Source: Mytilus edulis (lineage: Eukaryota). From it: 64,000 bases of DNA. Location of the stretch: NCBI RefSeq assembly GCF_963676685.1, contig NC_092351.1:64604001-64668000 (forward strand), read 5' to 3'. Shown here piece after piece: positions 1 to 15,000 of the stretch. The notes beneath the pieces were generated by a model. It was not told the DNA's origin. It searched no databases and was given only the letters and a program-made list of their open reading frames with translations. How positions within the stretch are numbered: position 1 is the stretch's first letter; the number at the start of each line of letters is the position of its first letter. A program made the translations under genes and the position numbers.

Positions 1-8
1 CAGACTCC
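1..8 (-). CDS. Gene A exon 19 (start of TM3 exon, GVC..), truncated by window
   Basis: tcatttttag|GGA GTC TG; phase 0 matches the preceding exon; supplies the conserved Cys at the top of TM3. Confidence 0.65.
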
Positions 9-3000
9 CTAAAAATGATAGAATACAAATTATTGTATTCTTTTATTTAATGTCGGTCATGTTTGGAACAGTAAATTTTTCAAGAACATATAGTTGTTTT
101 TTTCCAACTTGAATGTTCATAGCAATTGATTGAATACTTCAAAAAGTGTACACACTTTAATGACTTGCCTGCATTTTTAATTTTAAAAGTTGAAATGCGC
201 ATCTTCAAGACCTCTATCAGTTCTTTGTATTAAAACATGCTTAGACTAAAAACTAACACAGTTTCCATGAATACGATTAAATACGCTAAACACGAAAAAC
301 AATCAGGTTACACTAACGATAACGAAAGTAACTCCTCTAGTCCAAAAGACGGTGATGGATTCTTGTTAAGGATTTTTGAGGTTGATGTTGCAAATAGATA
401 TCGAATAACTTGATTATGTGTAAAACAAGTGAGCACCAATGTTCGGCTTTTATATGCTCAAAATGTATTAAGCTTTCTGCAGACTGAGTTGTAAGAAGTA
501 AACATCTACCGGCAACTTTAAGTTTAAAATTAGAGTTATCACCGGTTATACGATTTACGATTAATTTGCTGTAACTAATTAACTTACTTTATCTTCTGTT
601 CGTGTTATACCAGAAAGGAATATTGCATACGACAGAATTAAGGCCACACATAAGTTTATCAATATTTTTGATCGGTCATTTCTCAAGTTTTTCACATGCC
701 TACAAAAATAGCGAAAACATAGAAATTAGCAATTAACCATTGTCTGCATTACAAAAACCATAAACCAATAGGTAAGGGACAGTAGTCCTATCAACCTAGT
801 GGTGTTCGATATGATATTTTGTTCATTTCACAGTAACTGTTTCATATTTACAAAATACAACGAATCCATCTGAAATAACATTAGTTATGAAATAAAACAT
901 AATTAAGGAATCATTTGTTCCTAAGTTTACTGATGTAATATGTACGACAAAAACCGTTTCCATTTTACACTTTTTTTCTCCAAAATATTAGATTAAAGCA
1001 ATTGTATTAATGAATAATAGTACATAGTTTTGTAACTTCAATAAACTATATTAAAACGAGAATATATAATTATTTTATATAACATACACATTGAAATCGT
1101 ATTAACAAACATTACAACGTTTATTCAACTTTCAACTCAATTAGAAAACATATTAGCTTAACATGTTTATATTAGATCTTGTTGATTGATTGATGGTTTC
1201 TTAGCGTCAAGTTCCTCGATCGGTGTCATATTATTTATTGGGTCATAAACATGACAAATCTATGACCTTTTTTCCACGAATCTTTTACCTTTTTAATAAT
1301 CAGTTCATTGTACTTCGTGTTAACGACATAATTCGTCTTCCAATTATGCATTTTTGTGGTAAAACTTAAACATCTTAAGAGCCGAACGGTTAACATTGTT
1401 GAATAGGTTTGAGTCTCTTTTTTTAACTGTATGGTGCTTCCTTTTGCGATCTGATGATTCAAGCCCTTTCCAATTTATTTTTACAGTTTGTTTTATGCTG
1501 CGTTGTAACACAACTGTTCCACCAGGGAAGAGTTGGGCTCTATACATTATATTTGTATCTGACCAAATGTACGCAACATTACAAGATGTTTACTGTAAAA
1601 GAACAGATTTTATCAAACAAAGGAAAACATATATGTGTATGAAAGGTATTAAGAGGAATTCGTATTTAGTAAGCTGGACAAAAGACTACAGATTTAATGG
1701 TCATGACGTCATGAGACAAATATCTGAGAATTGAACACATGTTTGAGGCTATGCATAGATGTTACTCGATAATACACACCATTGGTTAATTCAGATTAAG
1801 CATTACTCTTAGCGGCATGGGTATATTCAAATTACCTACGTTATTTTAATTAAAACACTGAAACAACTCTTAACGATTTTTTTTTATAAAAGAGGGGCGA
1901 AAGATACCAGAGGAACATTCAAACTCATAGATCGAAAATAAACTAACAACGCCCTAACTAAAAATGATGAGGACAAACAGACAAATAATAGTACACAAAA
2001 CACAACATAGAAAACTAAAGAATAAGCACCCGTCGTGTTGCTCATTGATTCACAAACCCGTTATAACTTACCTCCAAAGTACAGAATAAATCAGAATTGT
2101 AACCAAAAGACACAAAATTGATATTCCGCATCCTATAGCTGATATAAGGCTCAGTGGAAAATGATGTATACTCGGCTAAAAAGAAAGTGAAAATGTTTCA
2201 TTACATGACATCAATGCTTCAACGTGAGTTACAATGAAAATAAGTTAAACATCAACTATCTGAATTGTTAATGTTTTGTCAATAAAGAAAAAGGGAATAT
2301 ACAACTCCCACTGGTTTAGATGGGAACGCATTTCATAAAAATTCCTTTCTTGTGTCATGATGTTTTCAACAGAAGCTATAATAGCAGAAGGGGCCTCCAT
2401 GGCCGATTGATCTAAGTAGTTGAAATACTGTATCATCTGATAACATGTCTGTCAAAACTGAGGTTGTAAGGTCAAATCCCGTGGCACTTGCATTCGTCTT
2501 CAATCTTAAGATTGGGATCATCTATTTTTCTACAACTAGTCGTTGGTTTTCTCAGTGCACTCCTATTCTGCATTCTACACCAATAAAAAAAGGATCAACA
2601 CGATATTGCACGATAACAATCAATTTATTCAGATATACATTTCTATCTTGTAAGTAGATAATAGTAGATGTGGTATGAGTGCCAATGAGACAACTCTCCA
2701 TCGGAGTCACATTATGTAAAAAGTAAAACATTATAGGTCAAAGAATGGCTTTCAACAAGACGCATTGGCTCACACCGACAATGTACCAGCAAGCTATAAA
2801 CGGCCCAACATAATTAGTGTAAAAAATCCCAAACTGGAAAACCAACGGTTCAAATATGTACAAGTGCTTAACTCATATTCTGTAGGATTATCATGACTTG
2901 GTTATGTGTTGTTATAGATTCCAATAGATATACGTACTGTCCTTCCTGGGCTCATTAGCATGGCGAAATTCGTAGTGTGATTATATTCACAGATTGTGTA

Positions 3001-6000
3001 AGAATCTGTTGACTCAACAACTCGTGACCCAAAGGACGACCACGCACCATTCGTAGTATTGCTAAAATATAGTTGATCCACATATAAAATCAGTGGTTTT
3101 CATTATACATTAAGAATAACATCTCTTATCAAACGAAAATTTTTATTTATATTTCAATGTTAATTGAAGTTTCATCAAATGGTAATATTCTTTAAATAGT
3201 TTTAAAAATATGTTTATAAAATGGATAGGGAATGGAATACAACCACCTTATACGTGACAAATACACAAGAATGATAGTCATGTAGAGGTCAGCGTATGAT
3301 ATCTCAGAGTCAAAATATCATTCATACAAAATTCCCAATCGTAGTCGTATGTTAATATATCTGCCAAATGCTGAGGTTTGTGTTAAATCTCATGAAAAGC
3401 AAAATCTGAGTATTTCTTTCAACACCGACAAATTGTTCGGTTTTTAGGCTTTTATCATGTATATATATATAACAATGAAGATGTTGTATGATTGACACTG
3501 AGACAGCTCTTCAAAAGAAACCAAATGATACAGAAATTAACAACAATAGGTCACCGTACGACCTTATATGCATTGGTTTAATACTTACGAAGCACCGAAA
3601 TCCCAAAATCCACAGAAAGGTGTCGAGTAGTCTCCCTTGAAAAAATACATTTGTCACGTTAAAACATGTCAGAATAATAATGATTGCTTTCAATAAACAT
3701 GTGCTATCGTTTTGTAAGGAGTTAAACTTTAAAAGATTTCATATTCACGTGATGAGATTTAAGTTAGAAAAAAAAAAATAACAAAAACATAGACAGTCTA
3801 ATGTTGCTTTAGTTAATTGACGCCTGGTTACTAAATAAGAAACAACAAATTGCTCAACCAATCTTATAAAAGTTTTGGAACACCTATACGAGGTAAGTAT
3901 CGTTTCCACTGACATCTTACATTTTTTACAAAAATGCTTAACAAACTGGGAGACACACTTTATTTATGTAAAGTTTTGCAATAGAGGTACATCCAATTTA
4001 AGGATTATGAGACATAAATATTTATAAAGCATATTGAAATACTATAACTTACTAACAGGTGTTCGAATTTAATATTTAAGGAATAATCCGAACAAGATGT
4101 TCCGTAAATCGTAAAATCAGCTATAATAGAATTAACATCATTACTTCCATTAAATGCACGTACGTCACTGTAAATAAAATTAATAAAATCATGTCAGCTC
4201 ATTATGTGAGTTTCGCAAAGCAATATGGTAGGTAGAAAAAAATGTAGTGATATAAAAACAACATTAAATAATCGACTAGAATAATGAAAATTGTAGATAG
4301 TTGTTCACGAATAACAATAAAACAGGTGATAACAATATAAACAATATCTCACAAAGACCTGGATGCGTGAACAGTTTTCTTTTTGTATCGGATAAGATAA
4401 ATGATAGCAGAATTATTGTGTTAAGGTGGTACCTAACACTACAGTGAGATAACTCTGTAATATCAGCTAAACGTTTTAATTACGTTGCGTTGTGAAGGCA
4501 ATATAAAGCTTCTCAATGATCAAAATTAGTGTTTGTCAAACTGCTATATAACCAGTGTAATTCTTCTGATAAAACGCTTGGTTCAAATTTTTTAATTTTT
4601 TATATAAATGTTCCTGTTGAGGTCAAATATATGCCGATGAGTACTCACCCATTTATTATTAAATACTTCGGGAAAAAACTTGAAATATTTCGATAGAATG
4701 TGCTACTATATCCCGTTAAACCTAAAAAAACAATTGCTGACATTTTCATATTTTGTCTGTTAGAGGTAACATAGTCATAGATATCAATGTAACAATATTA
4801 TCCATTCTAATTATTCGGTGTTAAAATATCAATTACAAACAATTTCATCACACTCTATTGTTATTATAATATCAATATCCATAGTTTTTGCTAGTCCTAA
4901 ACACAACAGGATATTTTTCAATGTTTACGGTCACAAATGCAACTGTATGCTGAAGGAAAGTTAATATCTATCGTTCAAACTACTACATGTACGTATTAGT
5001 GTTGCGTACTAACTTCAAAGTCGTGAATTCAAATTTCCGTTATTTCAAGAAATATTTTCATTGCGTGTTATATTGCTTTTTTCAAATTATAGTTGTGAAT
5101 TGATCTAGCTGGTTTGTTTATCTTCGGTTTAAACTTAAGTTTTTTCATATGTGTCGAATGAATTGTTATTGTATTCACGTTTTGTGTTTGCTTTTAATTT
5201 TATATGCATATATATTTAAATTTCAATGACAATATAAAGTATTAATATTTAAATTAAGATATATAGGTCAGATGCATTGATTACATCAATTATGATTAAA
5301 TCTATCTGTTTATATATTCCTTAATCCTGGATTTTGACTAAAATAATATTTGGATTAGAGCATATATAGTTATTTAGTTATTGCAGATTCGTATTAATTA
5401 TTTACCACTACAAATGTTCTTCTTAAGTTTAATTTCAGTCACTGAATCTGCTATCCAAGAGTCAGAAGTTTTTGAACGATCAGGAACAGATATCTCGTCC
5501 GAACCAGCCTTCCCTACTTGCATTACTGCAATAAGTTACATAAATAAACAATTACGCAGCATATATTGTCATTAAATAAAACATTCCTAAATGTTGTTGC
5601 TTTATGCGACTGCTGTGGATTAACACAAATATAAGATAGTTAAATTCGAGGACAATACAATTCTTGGAATATGATTGGTTTAATGCAACTGTGTTTAATT
5701 CGTGTATACTTCATATGGGGTAGTAGGCGTGGTATATTTAAATCAGGTTTATTATTTGAGATATTTATACGTCCATTTGTAAAAACAGCACAGTGTTAAG
5801 GAAAACTCTGAAAGGTTTCAACAGACGACGAAATTGGTGATGACCTGTTGAAATGAATTCATAAAAGTCATTAAAATTGAACAAGCCGTTATTGATGGTA
5901 TTTGTTTTTGTATAGACCAATGAAAGAGGGTTAGTAATATTGAAGATAACTACTTTGATGACTACGTGAATAAGAAATACAGTATGATCTTGTATGTACA

Positions 6001-9000
6001 TAAACAAGCGTAAATGACTTTCTTTGTTTTCCCCTCAAGCATGACATGGTATGTTTCAGTAAAGTATGTATTACTCTTAATCACAAAGAACATCGTTTAC
6101 ATCTACACACAAGCTCGGAAAGCATAACACATAATGTTTAATCAATTAACGTACCAACATTATCTTTTGTAACAATCAATGTGGCTTCAGTATTTATAAT
6201 TTGGTTTACTTGATTAGTGTACTCTGTTACTGTGTTCACGAGTGAAGTTACACCATTTGATCCCTGATGAAAAAAAATCTTAATTATATATTGGGAATAT
6301 CAGATTAATGATTGCTTCATATTTATATCATTGTCCATGATGCCGAAAAAGCCTACATTTGCATATAAGTTATCACTTGTTATTATTGTTAAGATATCAT
6401 GTAAAACGCTCTTGATTTTGGCTCTGTAAATATTACTTAAGATGATTTATACAAGGTTCAATATTTAAACTTTGCTTTGAGCATTCTTAAACATACATAC
6501 AGCAAGTCTTTCTGGCCAATACCTACATAGAGTGTTATATTAATTCATAACAGTCGATTACACAAAGAAAAAAAATATTTCCGATGTCAGATTATTTTTT
6601 ACCAACAATAAACTAACGATGTTATTTTGAAAAGTCAGAATCATGGGATTTGAAATCGTACATTACTTGAATGCATTTAATACTGTGACAAATATTCACT
6701 AACACTATCCAATTTTGAAATATAACACAATAGATAGTTTTAAAAGTCAATTTGTTTACCAATATAAAATGCAATAGGTATATTACATGTATAAATGCAT
6801 ATATATACTATATTTGAAAATAATAACCTTGTCGTTAAGTTCTTTCCATGACTCATGATTTCTTTCGTCGAGTAAATTATTGCACAAAGAACCAAAAATC
6901 TGAAATACATACTTTCAATCACTTACCAATGATTTCAAATTATATCAATACAGAATGCGAAACATGTAGAATTAGAAAAAATCAGTTTTACAAAGATATT
7001 CAAAGCATAACTGACTTTGTAAATATGTGTTGTATTCCATGTTGTAAACAGAAGATTTTGTTCCTTTTAAAAGTAATAGATATTGTTATTTCTCCTTCGT
7101 TTCATTCCTTCGTAGAAAAAATGAACACAGTATAAGATTGTGCTTTCGCTACAAAATTACGTTTAATTTTACATGTTGAGCATAAATATATAGTCAACAA
7201 AAGAAACGATACAAAACTTTTTTTCAAATTAAAGATAAAGTTTTCCGTTCATTGGACCAATATTGAAGGAAGTAATACTTAATCATTATGGAAATATAAA
7301 TCCGTTTAAAAAAAAATATTTGTTCGCTTTTGTGACGTTTTTTCGCGATTTTTGTTTTTTACAAAATTTACATGAAACGACAATTTTAAAAACAGAAGTT
7401 CCAACTAATGATGCCAACCTCTAATTTAAAGGTAAAGACAGTGTTTGCCATCAATTTGTTTTTAAAAATCATACAGTTTCTTCGTTTATTAGTTAAGCAA
7501 AGTTCGGCCCCACGAGAAATCCTTAAAATGTATACATTATCAACTGATTTACCATAGACAGTATGTGTAAAGTGATATTCAAAAAGCGGTAACAATCTTA
7601 AAACTAATCCGAAAGGTTCCAAATTTACTGTGTATTGTTTTCATATCTAAAGCATTGATTTTAGACTAAAATTAAAAAATTTTTTTTGCACTTTTTTAAA
7701 ATTTCAAAAAACACTTTTTTCCCAAAATTTAAAAAAAAACCAATATTTCAACCCATTAGTTACAACATGAACATAACTTGATTAGCATATTGAATAGTTT
7801 TAAACAAATTTGAAATTTTATTTAGTACTTAGAAAATTATGGGTCGATTTTTTGTTCAACTTTCCGCAAAACTAATCTACAACCTATGACCGTTTACACG
7901 GAATTTAGATACTTTCCGAAAAGTTTTGATTTTCATTATCACATGTGCATACATTGCAAATCAAAGCTTTTTAAAATAGTGTATATCATTTTGTTTTATA
8001 TGTAACACTTTTTGATAAATTTTATTTCAAAGTCGTGTATCGTTTCTTTTGTTGACTAGTATATATACGGTCAGCCATACATGAATGCATCAAAATTCAC
8101 AATACACGAATCAGTAAGGGGCGATAAAGTTACAAATAAAATTGTGAAATGAATGGGAGAGAGGGAACTAGTAACCAAACTAATCTAGTCCTTTATATGT
8201 GGTAACGAATGTCGCATTGGTGAAACACGCCTTAAATGTTCCTTCACCGGCCGTGTAAAAAGAAATCTAATGGATATTACACTTTCGCATTTAAATGTAG
8301 AAAGACCGTTATATAAAACATAGGACCGTTAGGAAATGTAGTTAGCAGTATCTGTTTTCGTATCTAATGTAAATCCCTGTCGGTCAACTAGATTTGAACG
8401 ATTTCCAAACAAACTATGTTATAGCGTTTCTGATGAACGCAAATTATATTTTTTGGCATACAAGTTAGATGCCATACCTTAAATATTAAGAAACATATTC
8501 TATTTGTTCAAATAAACTATATTATAAAATTAACAAGAAGTTTATATATATTTTTTTTAAAACGATACAATACACCTGTGATTAGAAATTTGCTGTAACA
8601 TAGGCGGAAATAAAACTTTGATGAAGAACAATAAAACTGTTTTCATGTTTATATATACACGTTATAAACATGTATAAATACAACCACGGATTTTGTTGGG
8701 ATTTGTCTTAATCAGTCTTAAAAGTGTATGTTGTGCTTTGTATACTGTTATCGGTTATTTTTATTATTTGTATTTATTTGCCATGGCGTTGCCCTCTTAC
8801 TTTCCCGTTCTTTAAATGTTCGTTTCGTTTGTTTTTTTTTGCTCTTCTTAAACATCGTACATCATAACTGACTAAAGCAAAACGAACAGCTAATAGTTAG
8901 TCTTAAACAATTCAGAGTAGTTTCGATTCATTGTATTTGTAACATAGTGTATGGAGTCAAGATATGCTTACAAACAGAATTTGTAATGAAGTGTTTTGTT

Positions 9001-12000
9001 TATTAGTTCATAATCCATATATTTTTTAATTGTTATTTTCTCATCTCGTTTTTCATTGCCTCTCACAAAGTGTATTCGTGTTATGAATATCAGTTTCATT
9101 GTCATTTAATAGTACTGTGGATTCATTATTATTCGTTGGATACCAATTTTCGTTGCTCTCGTGGGCACAGATGAACCACGAAAGTAAATGTTCACCGAAT
9201 TACAAATCTTATATAGTCTTGTATGCAAATATTAAATATCCACAAACATACAGGTTTTCCTTCATCCACGAAAATTGGTACCCACGAAAATAAATGAATC
9301 CACAGTATGCTGTTATATTCAAATTGAATATAATTGGATTTTACCTGTTAAAATAGATAAAGATTCAGGTTATTTGAAGCATTCAAGAATGGATAAAACA
9401 ACTTCATATTATTATGTTATATTAATTATTTTTGAACAAACTTACATCCAGTTGATTAAGTGAAAGTTCATCTTCATCATTTATTACATATGTGGCAATA
9501 TCATTTAATATGGCTGATGCTGTTAAGAGATCACCAGAACGTAATTCATAGTTGTTCCTTGTGATGTTATCTAATTCTTCCAGGATAGTGCTTACAAATT
9601 CATCGTCACTGTTCCCAGAAAAAAGCTTATCCAACTGAAAAATGGGAAAAGATGTCTTCATCTATATAAGATATCTTTGTTGTGTATATTCTGTTAGCAG
9701 TTGAATATTATTTTTTCGGGAAAAAATTCAGTTTGAACAATACAAATATTGAAGAAAGTTATTACATAACTAAGCACCTTTTGTGAATAAAACAATTTCA
9801 GATCTTTTCAATCGTTTTTGTTCACGAATCTACAATTCTATTAAAAACCTCTTGTTTTCGAAGTTACTTCCGCTGTTTTAAAATATTAATAGTAACGAAG
9901 TTTGGTAGTGATATTCATGAAAATAATGGGCAGCACGGTTGCCTTTTAAAGATCCTGTTACAAATGTATACACTTCATTTAAAATTGGGTGGATAGTTGT
10001 TTCAATGGCAATCATACATTATCTCTTATTTTAAATCAGTAAATTCCATATGGGATAATTAATTATCAAAGGTACCAGGAGTATAAATTAGTACGCCAGA
10101 CTCGCGTTTCGTCTACATAAGACCCATCGGTGTTGCTCAGATCAAAATAAATGTAAAGCCAAACAAGTACAAAGATGAAGAGCATTGGTGACCCAAATTT
10201 CCAAAAAGTTGTGCCAAATACGGCTAAGGTAATCTATTCCTGGGATAAGAAAATCCTTAGTTTTTCGAAAAATGCAAAGTTTTGTAACAGGAAATTTATA
10301 AAAATGACCATATAATTGATATTTAAGTCAACACCGAAGTTGGACAACTGGGCTGGTGATAAAATGGAGTCTGCTAGTAAAATAGTACGCTATATAGTAG
10401 GGCAGTACATTTCATAATGGGTAAGGAACATTCATTATCATGAGCAATAAACCAGAAAGCCGTTGCTGTATTTTAATCATGTTAGAAGTACTCAATTTAA
10501 AGAATTATTAAGAATACTTATGAAGGTGGCTTGGTAGTCTGAATTAAAATCCATGAATCTTTTTAATAGTTTGTCAAAATGATGTTTTATTGTGTTTTTA
10601 TCAAAAATATAATAAAATATATGGGTCACCGGACTTTTTTTCACGCTATATGTTATAGATTAGGTATAAAAAATTCCAATTTCATGAATTATAAATGATA
10701 AAAAGAAAATTACACCATAGACTATTTAGATAAAATGTGAGAAGATAGCTCTAATAAAATGCCTTCAGATTAGATGGGTCTGAAAAAATGGGTCCCCGGA
10801 CTAGTTTTCTTGCTTCATATCAAATAGGAAAATTCACAATACTTCTTATCACCCTGTATAACCCCGATACAGATGAAACCGGACGTTGACGCGTTCGAAT
10901 CGAACACACCGTGTAACACTGAGTTCAGACAGTAAGAAATTAATACTTCTAAAGAGAATCCAATATCTGTTCTTCGGATATTTTGCTCCAATATATTCTT
11001 TGCCATAATATTCATTAGTTACTAAAAGGTTTTTTTTCAAATATGTGGAATTTTTCTATACAAACATCAAATAACGCACGACGATATCAATGATAAAACG
11101 TGCTTGGTATTTTTAAATATTTAAAACTTAATGTTTCTTGTACCTTATAGTTTTTATAACATACATTTTTGAAAATTTCATAGTTAAAATTAACAAACTT
11201 ATAAAGATCGTATGTTTGTGTTGTGTCGTTGACACAATATTGCGTTTGTCAATGAATTTTGCGTGTATGAAATAATGCTTTGATATGATTATAACCAATA
11301 TGCATGTTTAAAAATAAATAATTTACCACCATAACATGCAGACAGTAACCTATAATATCCGTTGTATTGTCGAAACACTCTTGGAGGTATTAAAAAAATC
11401 CTTATGTATACGAAAGTTGAATTGTTAGAAATACTATACTCGACAGATGCAAATATGACTAAGCATACAGATACACACACACGTCCGAATATCTAATTTG
11501 ATAGCATTTTAGAAAATGTTTACCATTCGACAGTCGATGTACGGTTAGGGATGGGTTAGGTGCCCGCTAACATGTTTAGTCCCGCCATATTCTGTATGTG
11601 TCTGTCTAAAGCCAGGAGCTTGTAATCAGTGGTTATATATATTTTTGTGTTCACTATTTTGTGAAAAATTTAGGCTGTTAGTTTTCTCTTCTGAATTGTT
11701 TTACATTTGTCATTTCGGTGTGATTTTTTAGCTGACTATGCGGAATGGGCTTTGTTCATTGTTGAAGGCCGTATAGTTGTTCATTTTTGTGTCGTCTGGT
11801 CTCTTGCGAAGAGTTGTTTCAATACCACATCTTCTTTTTGATGTAGACAGCAATCAAAACAATTAATTGATTATAGGCTTTTGGCCTAAATCTCAGAGGC
11901 GGGTCCAAGGGGTCATAGATTACAATAGAGTTACATTAAGGCTAGAGAATATGTGTATACAATGAACATGTAACTTATAGCCATCAATAGTAATACAGTT

Positions 12001-15000
12001 TCTTTAATGTAAAGATATAAAGATGAAGAGATACTTCTTGATATTAACTGGTTTGCTTTCTTCGATTATGTTTTTTTGTTTGTTTAATTTTTAAGGTATT
12101 AAGATTATGCTTAGTTTCCTCGAACATTATAGTCTTTCTACTGTGATGCCAAAATCTAAATGATTGGTAATTCTGGTACTTTATGCCCTTAAAGTCTATA
12201 CCCACCCATATGCATTTCATTCAAATGTTGACTTATTTCGGAGAAGACCAAAGGGACCATATTTATATTCCCCAGTTACCTTTGGCGTCATCGATAAATT
12301 ATTCAATTGAGCAAAGCATCAATCATCAACCATCAACCTAACCTTAGACATTTGCTTTGTTTCTTCTATCATGTCTTAATAGTTATTAATAAAAAGTTGA
12401 AACGTTTCACAGATGATACTTAATAATTTCTGGACCCCTTAATTTGTTAATGACACGCGTACGTAATAGCTGATTGTTGGCTGCTTAACGTTCAGGATAA
12501 GCACAAATTAGTAACACATACTACATGTAGGTCCTGGAAGGAGGCCCTCCGGAATTACGTCAAGGGAAGTTTGGACTGCCACTGGATAAAATGAGGTATA
12601 TTGAATAAGGACACAAATATTGCCTTTCAACAGGCCATTTATGGACCTCTCTAAAGGTTCGTACAGTACACGAGACATGGATCGTATATTCCCATTCGGA
12701 CTGGACGTGACTGCGTACTTTTACATCCCACACAACTAAACGGGTGGCCAACTTCGGTCAGGTTGTACTGCCGGTCGGAAAAGACCCAAGTGACCATATC
12801 TAATAGTATATTTCCTAGTCACCCTTTACCAAATTCTTTCATAAATAAAAATAAAAGAAAATTGGCTACAAGTTTTGCTGTACCTGTTAAATCAAAACAT
12901 CACAATTAGATGGATAAAATGAACAAACGAACAATTGCAATTAAATAGTTGTTTAATTGTATATCTGAATCGTATTTTGGTACTCTCCCCAAGGTGACAC
13001 CTGCGACCACAAGTAATGTAATATTTTTTACATTTACATGTTTGCAGTTCATGCATGTTCCTTTGCATTTGCTTTTTTTTGTAAAGTTGCTAACTATGCT
13101 AAAATAAAATGTCCTCCCACATCCGATATCTTCAATTTCAGTGATCATAATTCAATTAATGTATTACTGTTCGACATGCTAAATACAAGAGATTAACAGA
13201 TTTAATTAGCGTGAATTTTTTAAATAGTCAAAATATAAAGTTATTATTTCAATTACTATTGAACTTTTTTATATTAATTTGAGAGTTAAGTTATGTTGAT
13301 TTGTTATATGCGTTTGTATCTTATAAACTTGACCAACTTCTTAATATTAGTCAGACCGTACGCGTACGGTCCTACCGTATGAGTATTTTGAAAAAGTACG
13401 CGTACGGTCCAAATGCTCATACAGACTGGAACATAATCACTGACTTATATTTTAGAAACATGATTTACCTGTTAGTTGGAATTCGCTTTGAAATAACTAT
13501 CAGTTACAACAATTACTCCTTTGTCGATATTTTATGTAATATATGGTTTTTGTGCCTTGTATCGGCATTTTGAGTTGAGCCAATTGCAACTGTACAGGTT
13601 TTTTTATGTTTTTTTATAAATTGTGCTGTTACACCAGTGTCCCAGGTTAAGGAGAGGGTTTGGGGCTCACATGTTTAATCCCGCCGCATTTTTTTCGTGT
13701 CGGTCCTACGTCATGGGCCTGTATAACATAGGTTATATAGATCTGTCATATTTTTTTTTTGAGAAACCCAAAGATAAAGCAGCTGGAATGCCATCTAAGG
13801 CATTCGGCAAACTAAGTACAACGAGCTCCTATGTCTGCTTTCGTCTACGCCGTCTATGGAAGAGCCCCAAATTGTGAAAAGGAAGTCATTAATGTTTTAA
13901 TAACTGTTCTATACTTTTTGAAACTTTATTTCCTCTGGAATATATTTATTAACTGTTCATTTCATCTGGAATAACGTTGAAAGTCCCAATTTTCAATAGA
14001 AACATTCCTATCAGATGTACGCTGGTTAAACACTGCAACTTTGGCTTTGGGTGACTGGTGATTTAAGTTCAAATACTTTGACAAATTTAACGGATAAACA
14101 TTTACAATAAAAAACAGAAAAAAAGGGTCGCCGACATCATCCCGAATACCTTGACAAGAAAGTGATTTGTGACGGTTTTTGTCAACGAACTGTACAGTGA
14201 TTATTTAAAACCCCACAACGAACGCGAAACATTTGGTGGAACGAACAATACACTAAGAGAAAACTTATTTACTATGATATTGCGTTCATTCTTAGTTCTA
14301 GGGAACATTTGAAGGCACGTAGTAATTCAGCGTATAGTTATTTATTATTGCTTAAGGTATTAATATGCAAAGGTGTATGTACGAAAAGATATTCAGCATT
14401 GTTTATCTCATAAAACGTATGAAATTGCACCATGTCTGTGCGTTTTGCATCTAGCAGTTTTATCAAACGTTCTATGCAATATCTAAAACTAACAACAATG
14501 GTATAATTGAATAAATAAACTAGCATGCACATTTACATATTCATATATACTCAAATAAGTTCTAGAGAGGCATTCGAAATTGTCATCCCAAATGTTGTCC
14601 TGATTATCGCTTCGAACGCGTCAACGTCCGAATTCATTTGTATCGGGGTTATACGGGGTGCTTATGATAAAATGCTTGTTTATCTGCCTTCTATTTGGGT
14701 TATCTTCCGCACTTTGAAAAGTTGAAAGCAATCTATTAAAAAAAAAATAGTGTCCTGTTTATACTGATTATAATGTTTCGAAACCCTTGATAAAATATTT
14801 CAAATTTGGACAATATCGTTACGTACAAAATGACAAAACTAAAAACCTTTTATCCTTTATAATTACTTCTGTTAAATCTAACTAGATTGCTTCGGTCAAA
14901 AATGATACAAAATAAAGATTTTAATCAAAACCTCTTACCATTACTCAGGAATAACGATAACACACTTACGTTTACGGAGCGATAACTCTTATATACATGT

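Noticed and set aside
738-869. Candidate exon between TM1 and TM2
   Set aside because: Stops in all three frames; TM1 and TM2 exons already join in phase.
1235-1734. Cluster of overlapping 60-110 aa ORFs, like most short ORFs in the track
   Set aside because: Intronic AT-rich or repeat sequence, with no motifs or fitting splice sites.
10848-14660. Inverted match between about 10848-10900 and 14610-14660 as the ends of one element
   Set aside because: These are internal segments of two diverged copies of a dispersed repeat, with no terminal structure or TSD.
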